A stretch of 64,000 nt of DNA from Thalia democratica (lineage: Eukaryota). Positions 36,601 to 46,189 of this stretch are shown here, piece after piece. Below the pieces are notes generated by a model. That model had not been told where the DNA came from, ran no database searches, and saw only the letters and a program-made list of their open reading frames with translations. The translations under genes were made by a program, and so were the position numbers. The DNA lies in the NCBI GenBank assembly GCA_965202585.1, contig OZ241827.1, positions 57,660,001 through 57,724,000 on the forward strand, read 5' to 3'. Position 1 is the first letter of the stretch; each line of letters starts with the position of its first letter.

Positions 36601-39600
36601 TGAACAAGAAGGTAATTAGAAAGAAACCTCACATAGTCAACGATTACAAAGTCGTCCAACTACAAGAAATTGTGCCTGCTAAAACTGACTTTTTAGGTAT
36701 TTTAAGTAATATAAATAGATATTTTCAAAACTATTGATTTCTTATATATTTTTTCTTTAAATTTAGAAAGTAGTTGTTTTCTAATGACTTAATAGCTTTA
36801 TGCTAACATAACATCCGTTAACAACCTTTCATAGAAAAAAATCAAAGTTATGTAATTAAAAAAAAATTCTCGGTTTCATTTACAAGTTTTCGACGAAACA
36901 TGTATTGTACTTTAAATTCTGTTTCTTAAATTAAAATGTACTTTAAGGCTACAGAGAAAGAAAGCACCTTCCGTTGGACTCAAAACAATCCACTGTGGTT
37001 GTCACGATAACGCCTCCCCCTACCAACGAAAACGGGGTGAAAAAGGCGCCATCTATTCATATTGCACCAACAATCGACCCCCTTCAGTACAGTGATGACG
37101 TCATAGTCAACGTCGGAGGGTCGGTGGTGGTAGTTGGGTCGCGACGGGTGACCATTTTGTGCGAGGTTACAGGGGAATACCCTATTAAAGTGAAGTGGAT
37201 GAAAGACGGGCAAGAAATTAAAAATAACGACAGGTTTGATTTATTAGTTACACAGCTTTTTTGTTCAAACTTTATCTACACCAGTGGCGTAGCGTGGTAT
37301 TTTGGTCAGGGGGTGCGCAAATTTTTTTCTCAAAAAATTCTCTAAATTAAAACTTTTGTAATTAGCTATAAAAAAACTTTTTATAAGTAATATAACTGAA
37401 ATAAATTTATTAAGTAAAATAAGTTCGTTAACTGTTTTAAAAAATATTTATATATTCCAAAATTAAACAATTAAATAAAAGTATAAATTTCATTAGAATT
37501 ACTTATACTTGCAAAAATGTAAACTTACTAAATAAAAATTGTTTTTATTACTTATAGTAAACTTAATATCTTTAAAATTTAATATATTCAATAAAACAAA
37601 AGTATCTGTTTTATTTACGAAAAAAAATATCAATCTCTTTAATATACTATACAACAGTGATAACAACACCTCATTGCACATAATTTTGATAAAGTTACAC
37701 AGAAGTTAAAATAGACCAACTTTATAACTGTTATTACAGTTTATTACAACTTTGTAAAATAGTTAAACGCATATTTTTTAAATTTAATTCATTTGATTGT
37801 ATTTGTTTAAAATAAAAATCACAAACAAAGTTTATTTCTCATAGGCCGACACGCTTATCTTGTATGTTTAAAAAAATAAAGTTCAGAAAACTAGCAGTAG
37901 TCTTAACAATATAGCATAAAAAAAAAATTGTAAAATTGTTTAATTTTTCTTTAAGCGTGACGTACTTATGTAAACTTTTTGTAGAAAAATAATCTGCCGT
38001 AAGTTTATACTACAGCGGTGCGCTATATTAATTGCGTGCTTTTTGAGTCTAAATTATTATTAAGTTAATGAACTTATAAAATTTTTCCTTATGGAGTTTT
38101 TGATCAACATCGGTGCGCATTTGCAATTACGCACCGAATCAATATATTGAGTAATAACATGTACTTTCTTAACTTGTCACTAATTGGTATTAAAAATTTT
38201 GTTTAACTTTTTGAATACTAGTTAAACATAGTTGAAAAAAGGCAAATTAAGCAGAAAAAATAAACTATAAAGGGTAATGATATTACATTCTTTTTTTGAT
38301 ACTTTTATTTTTTTGGGTGGCACGCATGCGCCAGTGTCCCTCCCCACGCTACGCCCCTGATCTACACTACATGAAATGAGTTCACGACTACTCAATTTCT
38401 GACAATTAAAATTCCGACATCTAAAGTTCTTATAACTTGTAGTTATTTTGAATTATGTATTTTAGTTAGCATTTTTTTTATATTGCGAAGTAAATAATAA
38501 GACCTACATGCACATTGTTGTTTGTTTAAAAGTATTTTAATTTTGAGATAGAGTTAAAAGCAGTATTAGAGTTTACTAAAACATATTTGTTTTTATTACT
38601 TAATTTTTTATTCTTAATAATCTTTCAATTTCTTCACATTTATAGTTTTATCAATTAGAGTTATTATAACTAAATGAGTTTTTTTAATAACAAATACTTT
38701 TTGAAGTTATAGCCCTTTACATTTTTATAAGAACCAGCTTCGTCGGAAAATAAACATTTAACCCCTTGAATTAGGTCTTAATTTTTAATCATTCATAGTT
38801 AAACATAGAAAGAAAATATTTCATCTTAAAACAGATTTATTAAAATATTTATTTTTTTATTATTCAATTTTTCCCTTAACAACTTTTCAATTTATTCACA
38901 ATTATAATTTCATTTACTAGAGTTATTATAACTATGTTGGCCTTTTTTTAACCTAAAATGTTTTTTGAAGTTATGGCCCCTTACATTTTTTGTAAAAACT
39001 AGCGTTGTCGGAACTTGAATAGTAATAGGTTCTAGTTTATAAACATTCGTAGTAAAACACATAAAGAAAATATTATATCTTAAAACAGAATGATCAAGCT
39101 TGGTGATGGATCCCTGAGAATTTTCAACCCGGAAACATCAGACGCTGGTAACTACGTTTGCATGGCAACCAATCAGTGGGGAAACGACAGCCGAATGGTT
39201 TCATTGTCTGTCACCAACAAACCCACGATTCTGTCCACGACCAGAGATATTGACGATTTTGTGTCCATGGATTTGACAGTGACAGTTGGGTCCCATGTCA
39301 GGGCAAGATTGGGGGCCCGGGTTGTTATCAGGTGCCCTACTAGAGGTTATTACAGTGAAATATTAAGTTTTATTAGTTATAAAATTCTCACTTTTTTTTA
39401 AGTCATAAGACTTTTTTCTTAACTCATTATAATTTTTTTTTAACGAAAGTTTTGATAGCAATTTTCTTTTTTAAAAATGCTTATTACTGGTTGTTAAACA
39501 GACAACGGCTAAAATTTACATTAGCTAACTAAGTACTTTATAATTCAATTCATACTTTCACGTTATTAAATTACGCAAACTTGCAAGATTTAGAAAGTAA

Positions 39601-42600
39601 GTCAGAGCATTACAAAACTTCTGCCAGACTATCTTTAATAAAAAAATTACGCAAGTTGTATTACATACACTTTACGAGTTTTCATTTTGTACATTATGTC
39701 AAAAAATAATGAAAATTACACCCAAAGCAGCTGCTATTGCAGTTTAAAATTAAATTTATATCTAGTATGTACATTGTGTGTAGCAACATTGAGTTTTCAA
39801 CAATGATGTTTTATTAAAATCACACAGTAGAAACATTGATTAATTTCAAAGTTTATTTAAGGTCTAAAAGACAAAATTTTATTTCATGATAAGTTTTATG
39901 TTTTATTAAAAATAAATATTACAGGCTCACCAGAACCATTTGTTCAATGGAACAAAGACGTCAACGGTCTTCAAAGAAACTCGCAAATTTTAATCGACAA
40001 TTCTTTGGAAATATTTCCCACCACTTTGGCTGACACGGGACATTTCAGTTGCTTAGCAACAAACCCTTTTGGTAGCTCTTACCAAGCAACTATACTAGAA
40101 ATTGTCGGTGAGTATAGATTTTAACTGCTTCAAAGATGGTAATTATTAACAAATCTTAAAATATACCGTCATGTAAAACCATTAATAAGTATAATTTTTA
40201 TTATTTTCACAATTTAAACTAGATTTTTTTTTTTCAAAATAAAAGTTTTAGTTTATACTTAGAATAGCAACTTCTAAAGAAGTTATACAAAAACCTCTTC
40301 ATTAGAAATCAAACGTTAATTTGGTATAAAAAAAGTTTTTTAGTTTAAAATTTTCTCTCACTTTAATTTAACTAGTTTCAATTATATAGTTTTGTTACTA
40401 AGAGTATTTACTGTAACCTTAATTTAAAAATTTTCTCTTACTTTAATTTAACTAGTTTCAATTATATAGTTTTGTTACTAAGAGTATTTACTGTAACCTT
40501 AATTAAATTGTAGAATGTACAGTACCTGTAGAATATTTTATCTGTTGTAGTACTGTAATAGTGGAGTTCAATAGAGTATAAATAAGTTTTGATTTTTATA
40601 CGAAATTAAGTCAAAGTTTTATTCAAAACTTTTTAAATTAAATAAACAGACCCGCCTCATATCTCAAATGATGGAGTAATTCTCAAACTAAATGAAATGA
40701 ACGGACTTCCAGAACTTTTGTTAAGCGATTATAATACTCCAGTTTACAGAGTTAAAGCGAACACTACTGTAATGATGGGTAGGTTTTATTATTGACCGAA
40801 CTTATTAAACAAACAGTAAAGATAAGTAGTTTAGTTAATGATACGTATAGGTTGTCCATTGACTGGGTATCCGGAACCAACAATAGAATGGATGTTCAAA
40901 GGAAGTGCAATAGAAACAACAAACAATTCGACAAAATACAGACTGATGCACAACAACAAAGTTCTTTCAATCAGCAATTTCAACAACGTTTCAGTTGGCA
41001 ATTACTCTTGCAAGGGAACAAACACGGCAGGATCGGCAGATGCTAGTCTTCAGCTGAAAATTACCAGTAAGTTTACATTGAAGCTTCAAATTTTTAAAGC
41101 TCTATCCGCTTTATTTTAAGGTTTTTTTTTACTATCATTTTACGTATACGATAAATAAAATTTAAATGTTTTTGATATTGTTAAAAATTCGTATTATGCT
41201 TTATTCCGTTGATATTACTTTTCATAACAATATTTAAACAAACATATTGTTTGTTACATTAAAAAATTTTTAAGATAAAACGTAAAAAGTATAACTTTCG
41301 ATCAAAAAAACAAATTGTTATGAAAAAGTCTAAAAACTACTTTCTTATTTATTTTCAGTATACAAGTACCGAAAGGAGGGGTTGACGGAATGCAGTGCAA
41401 AGTGCGGGAACGCGGGAACCATCACTGACAAGCTGGTGTGCATAGAAGACGGGGTGAGGACGGTGGACGATTGGTACTGCAAAGGAGTGGCCAAGCCGCA
41501 AGTTGAAACCCGGCCCTGCAACAGAAAAGACTGCCCGCCACAGTTGGTATCTTTTTTAACTTTAACAAAACAACAAACAAACAAGTACATTACAAACAAA
41601 TATTTTTATTTTTTGTTCTACAACAATATACAAACAAGTTTTTTTTATGTCTAGATAAAAGTTTTTGATAAACATGCCTATACAATACGTATAAAATGAC
41701 AAGTAAATGTAAGCGATTGCTTTATGCCTATATAAATACTGAATTATGGAAACACTTATGAAAATAAAATAGAAGCTAAACAAGCAATAAAAGCATTTTT
41801 TACATTTTTCAACAAATTTAGGTCATAGAAATTGTTACCTAGATTAGGCGGATTAGAGTTCAAACATGTTATTTAAAAATTTTACAGGAAATAATTGGTC
41901 TTAATGTCAAGTGCTGACTTCTTAATCACTCATATCTGGCTTTTATTTAACTTTTAGCGCATTTAAATCCTTATATTAAAAAGAATACTTTGAATTTGTA
42001 CTAAAACTACAACTTGTCTCATAATTAAAAAAAAAAAAAAAATTTAAGCAATAAGCATTACGTTTACATTTTGTAACCAATTTTAGGCTTTTCACAAATT
42101 ACAGAAAATTTACATGCAATAAGTTTTTTATACCACAAAAATTTATGCTTTATATTGTTGCGTACTTTTTAACTTAATTTAATTTAAAAATGTTGTAAAC
42201 AGCAGTAACATAAATATTTATCATATCAATGTCTTTAACAAGTACTATAACAACCATTAAAAACCTCTATATTAGAATCAAACTAATTACAAGAAATTTT
42301 ATAACAGATATTACGCAAACGAATGGAGCAAATGTTCAGTTGATTGCGGAAATGGAACAAGATTCAGAAAAATATCCTGCGTGGTTCTCATGTCAGACGG
42401 AACTGTTCGTCAGGTTGCCATGGAAAGTTGCCGTAGCAACCAGCAACTTCCGCCACAAAAAGAAACCTGTTTCAGTAACTCGTGCCCTGAGTGGAAACCA
42501 AAACCATGGAAACAGGTTAGATTCGGTGATTTTTTGGAGGGTTAAAATTATTGTACTCACAAGATTTTTAGAATTCTACTTTTGTTAAAGCTTCAGTATA

Positions 42601-43276
42601 AAAGTTCTAAAAATCTGGTTAATTAATCATGTAAGTATTTTTGTTTTTTTCTTTTTTATCAACAAACAAACTAAAACATTTTTGCTAAACTTAAGTTACA
42701 AACCAACAGTGTAGCAAGAAGTGTTACGGAGACGGAATTGGCATTCAACTGAGACAGGTCCGCTGCGTCGCTAATAACGGCACAATCGTCCAAAAGTCCC
42801 AATGCAAAAACCTGCCGAGACCAGAAAAGTACGTTTAAATAATAAAGCTGCATAAGCAACTTGTCATTTATTAACGATAAAAATTAATTTATCAGACAAT
42901 TTGAGTTTATTTCATTGAATCTACAAATTTTTCTTTATAATACATTATTTTTATAAGTAATGATTGAAAATGTTATCACAAAGCATATTTTATTTCTAAT
43001 TTATCTCACTGTACTTATATTAAAAATTTCACCAGAAAAAAAAACTGTCCAAACATCCGATGTCAGCCAGTTTGGAGACCGAGTCCCTGGTCCGTTTGCT
43101 CGGCAACTTGCGGCAGCCATGGCATAAAAACGAGAATTCTTGGCTGCTACTACAAGGGCAGGCCGAAGCAGACCGCCAGGGGGCGTTGCCTAGCGACGAA
43201 ACGGCCTCAGGTTTCCGCCCCCTGCAACAGAATCCCCTGCAGCAAAAATCTTGTTAGGTTGCAGGAAAAAATTTAG
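6608..43276 (+). CDS. ADAMTSL1/3: ADAMTS-like protein, ADAMTSL1/ADAMTSL3/MADD-4 (punctin) family; 33 coding exons, about 1726 aa
   Basis: All 32 introns are GT-AG with matching phases; summed CDS is 5181 nt. Domains: signal peptide, WxxWxxWxxC TSR1, Cys-rich DGTRC...CDG...[12 protein letters not shown], spacer ([19 protein letters not shown]), 12 further TSRs and 4 Ig domains. No prodomain or HExxH metalloprotease domain. Confidence 0.93.
7152..7253 (+). CDS. ADAMTSL1/3: Exon 2 (end of signal peptide plus acidic segment)
   Basis: ttgcag|[34 protein letters not shown]|gtaaga, phase 0-0. Confidence 0.85.
7685..7779 (+). CDS. ADAMTSL1/3: Exon 3 (TSR1, first part)
   Basis: [32 protein letters not shown], phase 0-2. 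Confidence 0.93.
8188..8233 (+). CDS. ADAMTSL1/3: Exon 4 (TSR1, second part)
   Basis: [15 protein letters not shown], phase 2-0. Confidence 0.92.
9095..9355 (+). CDS. ADAMTSL1/3: Exon 5 (ADAMTS Cys-rich domain)
   Basis: [18 protein letters not shown]...CSLHC...VVDGTRC...VCIEGKCE, phase 0-0. Confidence 0.95.
11216..11336 (+). CDS. ADAMTSL1/3: Exon 6 (end of Cys-rich domain)
   Basis: [40 protein letters not shown], phase 0-1. Confidence 0.95.
13245..13307 (+). CDS. ADAMTSL1/3: Exon 7 (spacer)
   Basis: [21 protein letters not shown], phase 1-1. Confidence 0.9.
13603..13748 (+). CDS. ADAMTSL1/3: Exon 8 (spacer)
   Basis: [18 protein letters not shown]...[16 protein letters not shown], phase 1-0. 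Confidence 0.88.
15176..15350 (+). CDS. ADAMTSL1/3: Exon 9 (spacer end / TSR2 start)
   Basis: [58 protein letters not shown], phase 0-1. An in-frame alternative acceptor would start the exon at 15188. Confidence 0.88.
16556..16715 (+). CDS. ADAMTSL1/3: Exon 10 (TSR2)
   Basis: [23 protein letters not shown]...[18 protein letters not shown], phase 1-2. Confidence 0.9.
17155..17202 (+). CDS. ADAMTSL1/3: Exon 11 (48-nt Tyr-rich linker, symmetric)
   Basis: [17 protein letters not shown], phase 2-2. Confidence 0.75.
17335..17545 (+). CDS. ADAMTSL1/3: Exon 12 (TSR3)
   Basis: [24 protein letters not shown]...[18 protein letters not shown], phase 2-0. Confidence 0.95.
17796..17928 (+). CDS. ADAMTSL1/3: Exon 13 (TSR4)
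   Basis: [44 protein letters not shown], phase 0-1. Confidence 0.93.
18374..18395 (+). CDS. ADAMTSL1/3: Candidate exon 14a (22-nt micro-exon, alternative to 14b)
   Basis: tcttttccactacag|CAAATAAAATGATTTTTCCCAG|gtaaga. Phase 1-2, encodes ANKMIFPR in frame between exons 13 and 15. Confidence 0.55.
18396..18489 (+). CDS. ADAMTSL1/3: Candidate exon 14b (Lys-rich linker)
   Basis: tttttcccag|[32 protein letters not shown]|gtaagt. Phase 1-2, in frame. Confidence 0.65.
18825..18981 (+). CDS. ADAMTSL1/3: Exon 15 (TSR5)
   Basis: [25 protein letters not shown]...[12 protein letters not shown], phase 2-0. Confidence 0.94.
20101..20269 (+). CDS. ADAMTSL1/3: Exon 16 (TSR5 end / TSR6 start)
   Basis: KCFLGLCP...[17 protein letters not shown], phase 0-1. 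Confidence 0.93.
22754..22907 (+). CDS. ADAMTSL1/3: Exon 17 (TSR6)
   Basis: [51 protein letters not shown], phase 1-2. Confidence 0.92.
23560..23870 (+). mobile_element. Possible degenerate Gypsy/Ty3-type integrase fragment
   Basis: Frame from 23613 reads [35 protein letters not shown], echoing the YVRSC..CQ...G.LQPL...PFE.VH.DF pattern. IRFKKLP follows in a later frame. Flanked by stops. Confidence 0.35.
25679..25959 (+). CDS. ADAMTSL1/3: Candidate internal alternative first exon with its own signal peptide (short isoform)
   Basis: aaaacaATG, then [39 protein letters not shown]..., open to GCC CA|gttagt (phase 2). This matches the phase-2 acceptor of exon 18. Confidence 0.62.
33359..33578 (+). 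CDS. ADAMTSL1/3: Exon 18 (TSR7)
   Basis: [24 protein letters not shown]...[28 protein letters not shown], phase 2-0. Confidence 0.94.
33784..33969 (+). CDS. ADAMTSL1/3: Exon 19 (TSR8)
   Basis: [16 protein letters not shown]...[20 protein letters not shown], phase 0-0. Confidence 0.93.
34178..34355 (+). CDS. ADAMTSL1/3: Exon 20 (TSR9)
   Basis: [19 protein letters not shown]...[24 protein letters not shown], phase 0-1. Confidence 0.92.
34445..34622 (+). CDS. ADAMTSL1/3: Exon 21 (linker / Ig1 start)
   Basis: ...[35 protein letters not shown], like the ADAMTSL1/3 pre-Ig1 segment; phase 1-2. Confidence 0.92.
35083..35264 (+). CDS. ADAMTSL1/3: Exon 22 (Ig1, very basic)
   Basis: [61 protein letters not shown], phase 2-1. 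Confidence 0.9.
36195..36301 (+). CDS. ADAMTSL1/3: Exon 23 (linker)
   Basis: [36 protein letters not shown], phase 1-0. Confidence 0.75.
36570..36696 (+). CDS. ADAMTSL1/3: Exon 24 (linker)
   Basis: [42 protein letters not shown], phase 0-1. Needed to reconcile the phases of exons 23 and 25. Confidence 0.75.
36948..37233 (+). CDS. ADAMTSL1/3: Exon 25 (linker / Ig2 first half)
   Basis: ...[28 protein letters not shown], phase 1-2. Confidence 0.92.
37282..38359. mobile_element. Non-autonomous hAT-family element (MITE), 1078 bp
   Basis: TIRs CAGTGGCGTAGCGTGG and CCACGCTACGCCCCTG match at 15/16. Perfect 8-bp TSD ATCTACAC at 37274-37281 and 38360-38367. No ORF inside. Confidence 0.9.
38570..39088 (+). 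repeat. Diverged tandem duplication, unit about 254 bp, including the exon-26 acceptor
   Basis: Shared blocks tagagttattataacta, ttttgaagttat(a/g)gccc, gtcggaa and aagaaaatatt..atcttaaaacag, ending at 38834 and 39088. Confidence 0.8.
39089..39345 (+). CDS. ADAMTSL1/3: Exon 26 (Ig2 end / Ig3 start)
   Basis: [27 protein letters not shown]...RVVIRCPTR, phase 2-1. Confidence 0.95.
39925..40107 (+). CDS. ADAMTSL1/3: Exon 27 (Ig3)
   Basis: [12 protein letters not shown]...[35 protein letters not shown], phase 1-1. Confidence 0.94.
40345..40504 (+). repeat. Near-perfect 80-bp tandem duplication (2 copies)
   Basis: ttttctct(c/t)actttaatttaactagtttcaattatatagttttgttactaagagtatttactgtaaccttaatt starts at 40351 and again at 40431. 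Confidence 0.95.
40650..40778 (+). CDS. ADAMTSL1/3: Exon 28 (Ig4 start)
   Basis: [19 protein letters not shown]...[11 protein letters not shown], phase 1-1. Confidence 0.88.
40851..41066 (+). CDS. ADAMTSL1/3: Exon 29 (Ig4)
   Basis: [18 protein letters not shown]...[35 protein letters not shown], phase 1-1. Confidence 0.95.
41359..41542 (+). CDS. ADAMTSL1/3: Exon 30 (TSR10)
   Basis: [10 protein letters not shown]...[26 protein letters not shown], phase 1-2. Confidence 0.94.
42308..42515 (+). CDS. ADAMTSL1/3: Exon 31 (TSR11)
   Basis: [24 protein letters not shown]...[18 protein letters not shown], phase 2-0. Confidence 0.94.
42710..42828 (+). CDS. ADAMTSL1/3: Exon 32 (TSR12)
   Basis: [39 protein letters not shown], phase 0-2. 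Confidence 0.93.
43036..43276 (+). CDS. ADAMTSL1/3: Exon 33 (TSR12 end, TSR13, then read-through to TAG)
   Basis: [29 protein letters not shown]...[18 protein letters not shown]. The 3' end is uncertain (possible donors after 43252 or 43257). AATAAA at 43821. Confidence 0.85.
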
Positions 43277-43978
43277 ACTTTATTTTATTTAATTTTACTC
43301 TATAGGAATGACCAAGAATATTATTAGCATATTTTTTTTCTGTAAATTTACATGACTTTTATTTATGTACGTTTATGAAACTGTAGTTGATGGTAGTTTT
43401 AAGTTATGACACTTTAAGCCTTTTATTTAATGAAAGCATTAATACTTGCTGAAATTTTTAACAACTTATTTTAAAGACTTTATTCTGACAAAATTTAAAC
43501 TTTTAAAGTTTATAAAAACTGCCTTTAATTTTTAAAAGGTATTATAGTCCTAATTAGTTTCTTATTTAATTTAGTTTAAAAAAATATACTTGTGTTTCTT
43601 GTTTAGCTTGCTGCTATTAAAAAAAAAACTTTTTTCAAGTTTCTTCAATCGTTTTTCGAAACAGCCTTTTCTTAACGATTTTATATAGCAAACGATAAGC
43701 TATTTAAATTAGCTTTAAATCTCAGATATAAAAACCTTGTTTTTTTTGCTTATCATACTATTTCGATTTAAACAAATCATATTTAGTTTTCTTTTACTTT
43801 TATATTTCATTTCACTGCCTAATAAACTCTTTAAACCTAAACAGTTGTGTCTTATTTAAATTACTTCTTATGTTTTTAAAAATCATACGATTGTAGGTTT
43901 TACTTAGATTTTGTTTTATTTCATACTTTTCTAAAATAAAACTGCTGTTCTACTTAAAATATTAACTAATTGCTAGTA

Positions 43979-44698
43979 CCGTAACCTCCCAACTAGGTAC
44001 GCACTTTGAACACTGCGCACAAATGCGTACCTAGAGAAATTTAATTACTAACATAAAGCCTGATACAAACATGTTAGAAGCCACCAACATTTACAAACGA
44101 CTACTAAAGCAAAGTTTTTAAAATTGTACTTCAATCATAAAGTACGAAAATGTCAATAGCTATGTTCTTTATATTCGTTTACTTCGGTTATTTATACGCT
44201 TTTTACATTTATGTTGCAATCATGGGTAAATAAATTTCAAATTGCACTGTTCATTGTTTTTACTTAAATAAATTTTACTCTAGGTTTTATTTTTATACCT
44301 ATTTTACATTTATAATTTAATCATTAGATATGTAAATGCCAATTGAAGTGTTCGTTATTTTAACTTTTTTTCTTTCATTTTTATCGTAGAGTATGAAGGT
44401 TTAAATCGCACTGTTTGTTGTTAAGTAAAATGACTGCAGTATGTTTGTTTAAAATATAGGATTTAATATACAACAATTAAGGCTATAATTTCTTTCTGGC
44501 TAATTAAGTTTTAATTAAATTTAATTTAATACAGTATAGTTTATGTTATAAGTTATTAATTTTTTTTAGTCATATTAGGATTATTTTAAAAATTTTAAAT
44601 TAAAAAAAGCGTTTTGAACATAGCGTTTTTCGGCTAAAAAAGCGTATCATATCGGCAGTTCGTACCTATGAAGTGCGTACCTAGTTGGCAGGTTACTG
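43979..44698. mobile_element. Tc1/mariner(pogo)-type MITE, 720 bp
   Basis: About 28-bp TIRs: CCGTAACCTCCCAACTAGGTACGCACTT and AAGTGCGTACCTAGTTGGCAGGTTACTG (2 mismatches). Flanked by TA on both sides. Confidence 0.88.
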
Positions 44699-45790
44699 TA
44701 TTAGCAACGTTTAAGCTGAACTTCGCTATATAAATTGATATAAATAAGGTTGTAAAGTTTTTATAACTAAAAGTAAATATTTTGACTGAAATAGGTTTAA
44801 AAAATGACCAATTTGTAGAAACTGTTTTCTAATAAAGTATTTTGTTATAAAATAGATTAAGAACAACACATACAACACGTGCTTGTCACATGTAACTTTA
44901 TCACGTGACGTTTACAAAAACTTGAATTTATTTAGTGCTTGACTTTTTTTTTCATTTACACAATCAAAAATATTACAAATTATCTAATTGCAAAACAGTT
45001 ATATGTTGTAAAAATAGTGGTAAACTTAAAGATATTGATTAATATTTTTTTAAATTTGTATCTAGATTAATAAAAAAATAACTTTTAGAAATATGCTTAA
45101 ATAGCATTAACTTCTATCTTTTTATGAACTAGTTTTATGAAGTACCAATAGAAGTATTTTATTTTTAATAGCTTTAATCGTATTGTTTTTCATTATTATG
45201 ATGAACAAAAAAGATTATAAGACCAGCTTCAGTTTAAAATAAAAAAGCTTTTATGTTCTTTCTTGTTTTTAAGTAAATTTCACTGTTTGTACATTCAATT
45301 TACTCTTTTAAATTTTGCTATGGTTAAAATAGTGAACTAATTCTAACTTTTGTACCGACTTTGATTTGTTTTTAATATGTTAATTGTGATAAAGCTTTTT
45401 TTTAATAAGGTTATATATGTTAAAGTTACTGTAAAACTACTTTTTCTAAACATTGAATACAATATCTTTCACAGCTTTTTGATGGAGTAAATTGTTAAAA
45501 AAAAGATTTAAATATAATATGTCATTTGTTTAATTTTTTAAGTTTAAGTTTTTATTTATTCTTTATGTTATCAAATTTACAAAAAACCACTAAAAGTAGG
45601 AACTAACGAATAGTTTTAGTTGATGTTATTTAATTTTTACATTACGAAACTTATATATCTTGTTTCATTATATTAAAAACAAATCAGTGAATAAGAAATA
45701 GCTTTATTTTAAAAATATTTGTATTTAACTATGGCTTACTTAACTTAGATAAAAAAGTTATATGTTTTAGAACACAAGTTTTTTTTATAA

Positions 45791-45890
45791 AATGCAAACT
45801 TAAATGGCAGTGCGAACTCAAGTATTTTAAAATTAATCGACTCTGCAAATTCACAAAACATGAATCCAACTGGCAGTCTACTGCATTTAG
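45791..45890 (+). pseudogene. Possible decayed PLAC-domain exon of the ADAMTSL gene
   Basis: Reads (E)CKLKWQCELKYFKINRLCKFTKHESNWQS, then TGC ATT TAG in a shifted frame. The would-be acceptor is ttttttatAA instead of AG. Confidence 0.4.
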
Positions 45891-46189
45891 AAATCACAAG
45901 TATTTTTTATGAAATAAAAGTAAACAATTTTTGAAAGTAAAATTTCAATAACCTAAAGAAAAGTATCAGAATTTGTTGTGCTCGGTTGCAAAAGCTATAG
46001 TTTTAGTATACAGTTATGAAAAAATTTACTTTCAGAAATTAAAAAAAATTAGAGAAAAACACTGTACTATAACTTTTCAACTGTAAGCTAAATCATATTT
46101 TGATAGTCAAAGACAGTCAAACTTAGCTCTTGGGGCGACACTTAACGATTAAAATGTTTTGTATTTCAAATTTTCTATTAAACTGATAG

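Noticed and set aside
9077-42588. Minus-strand and off-frame ORFs in the supplied track that overlap exons (for example 9077-9319, 17323-17613, 33300-33677, 42229-42588)
   Set aside because: Shadows of GC-rich plus-strand exons with no independent splice or domain support.
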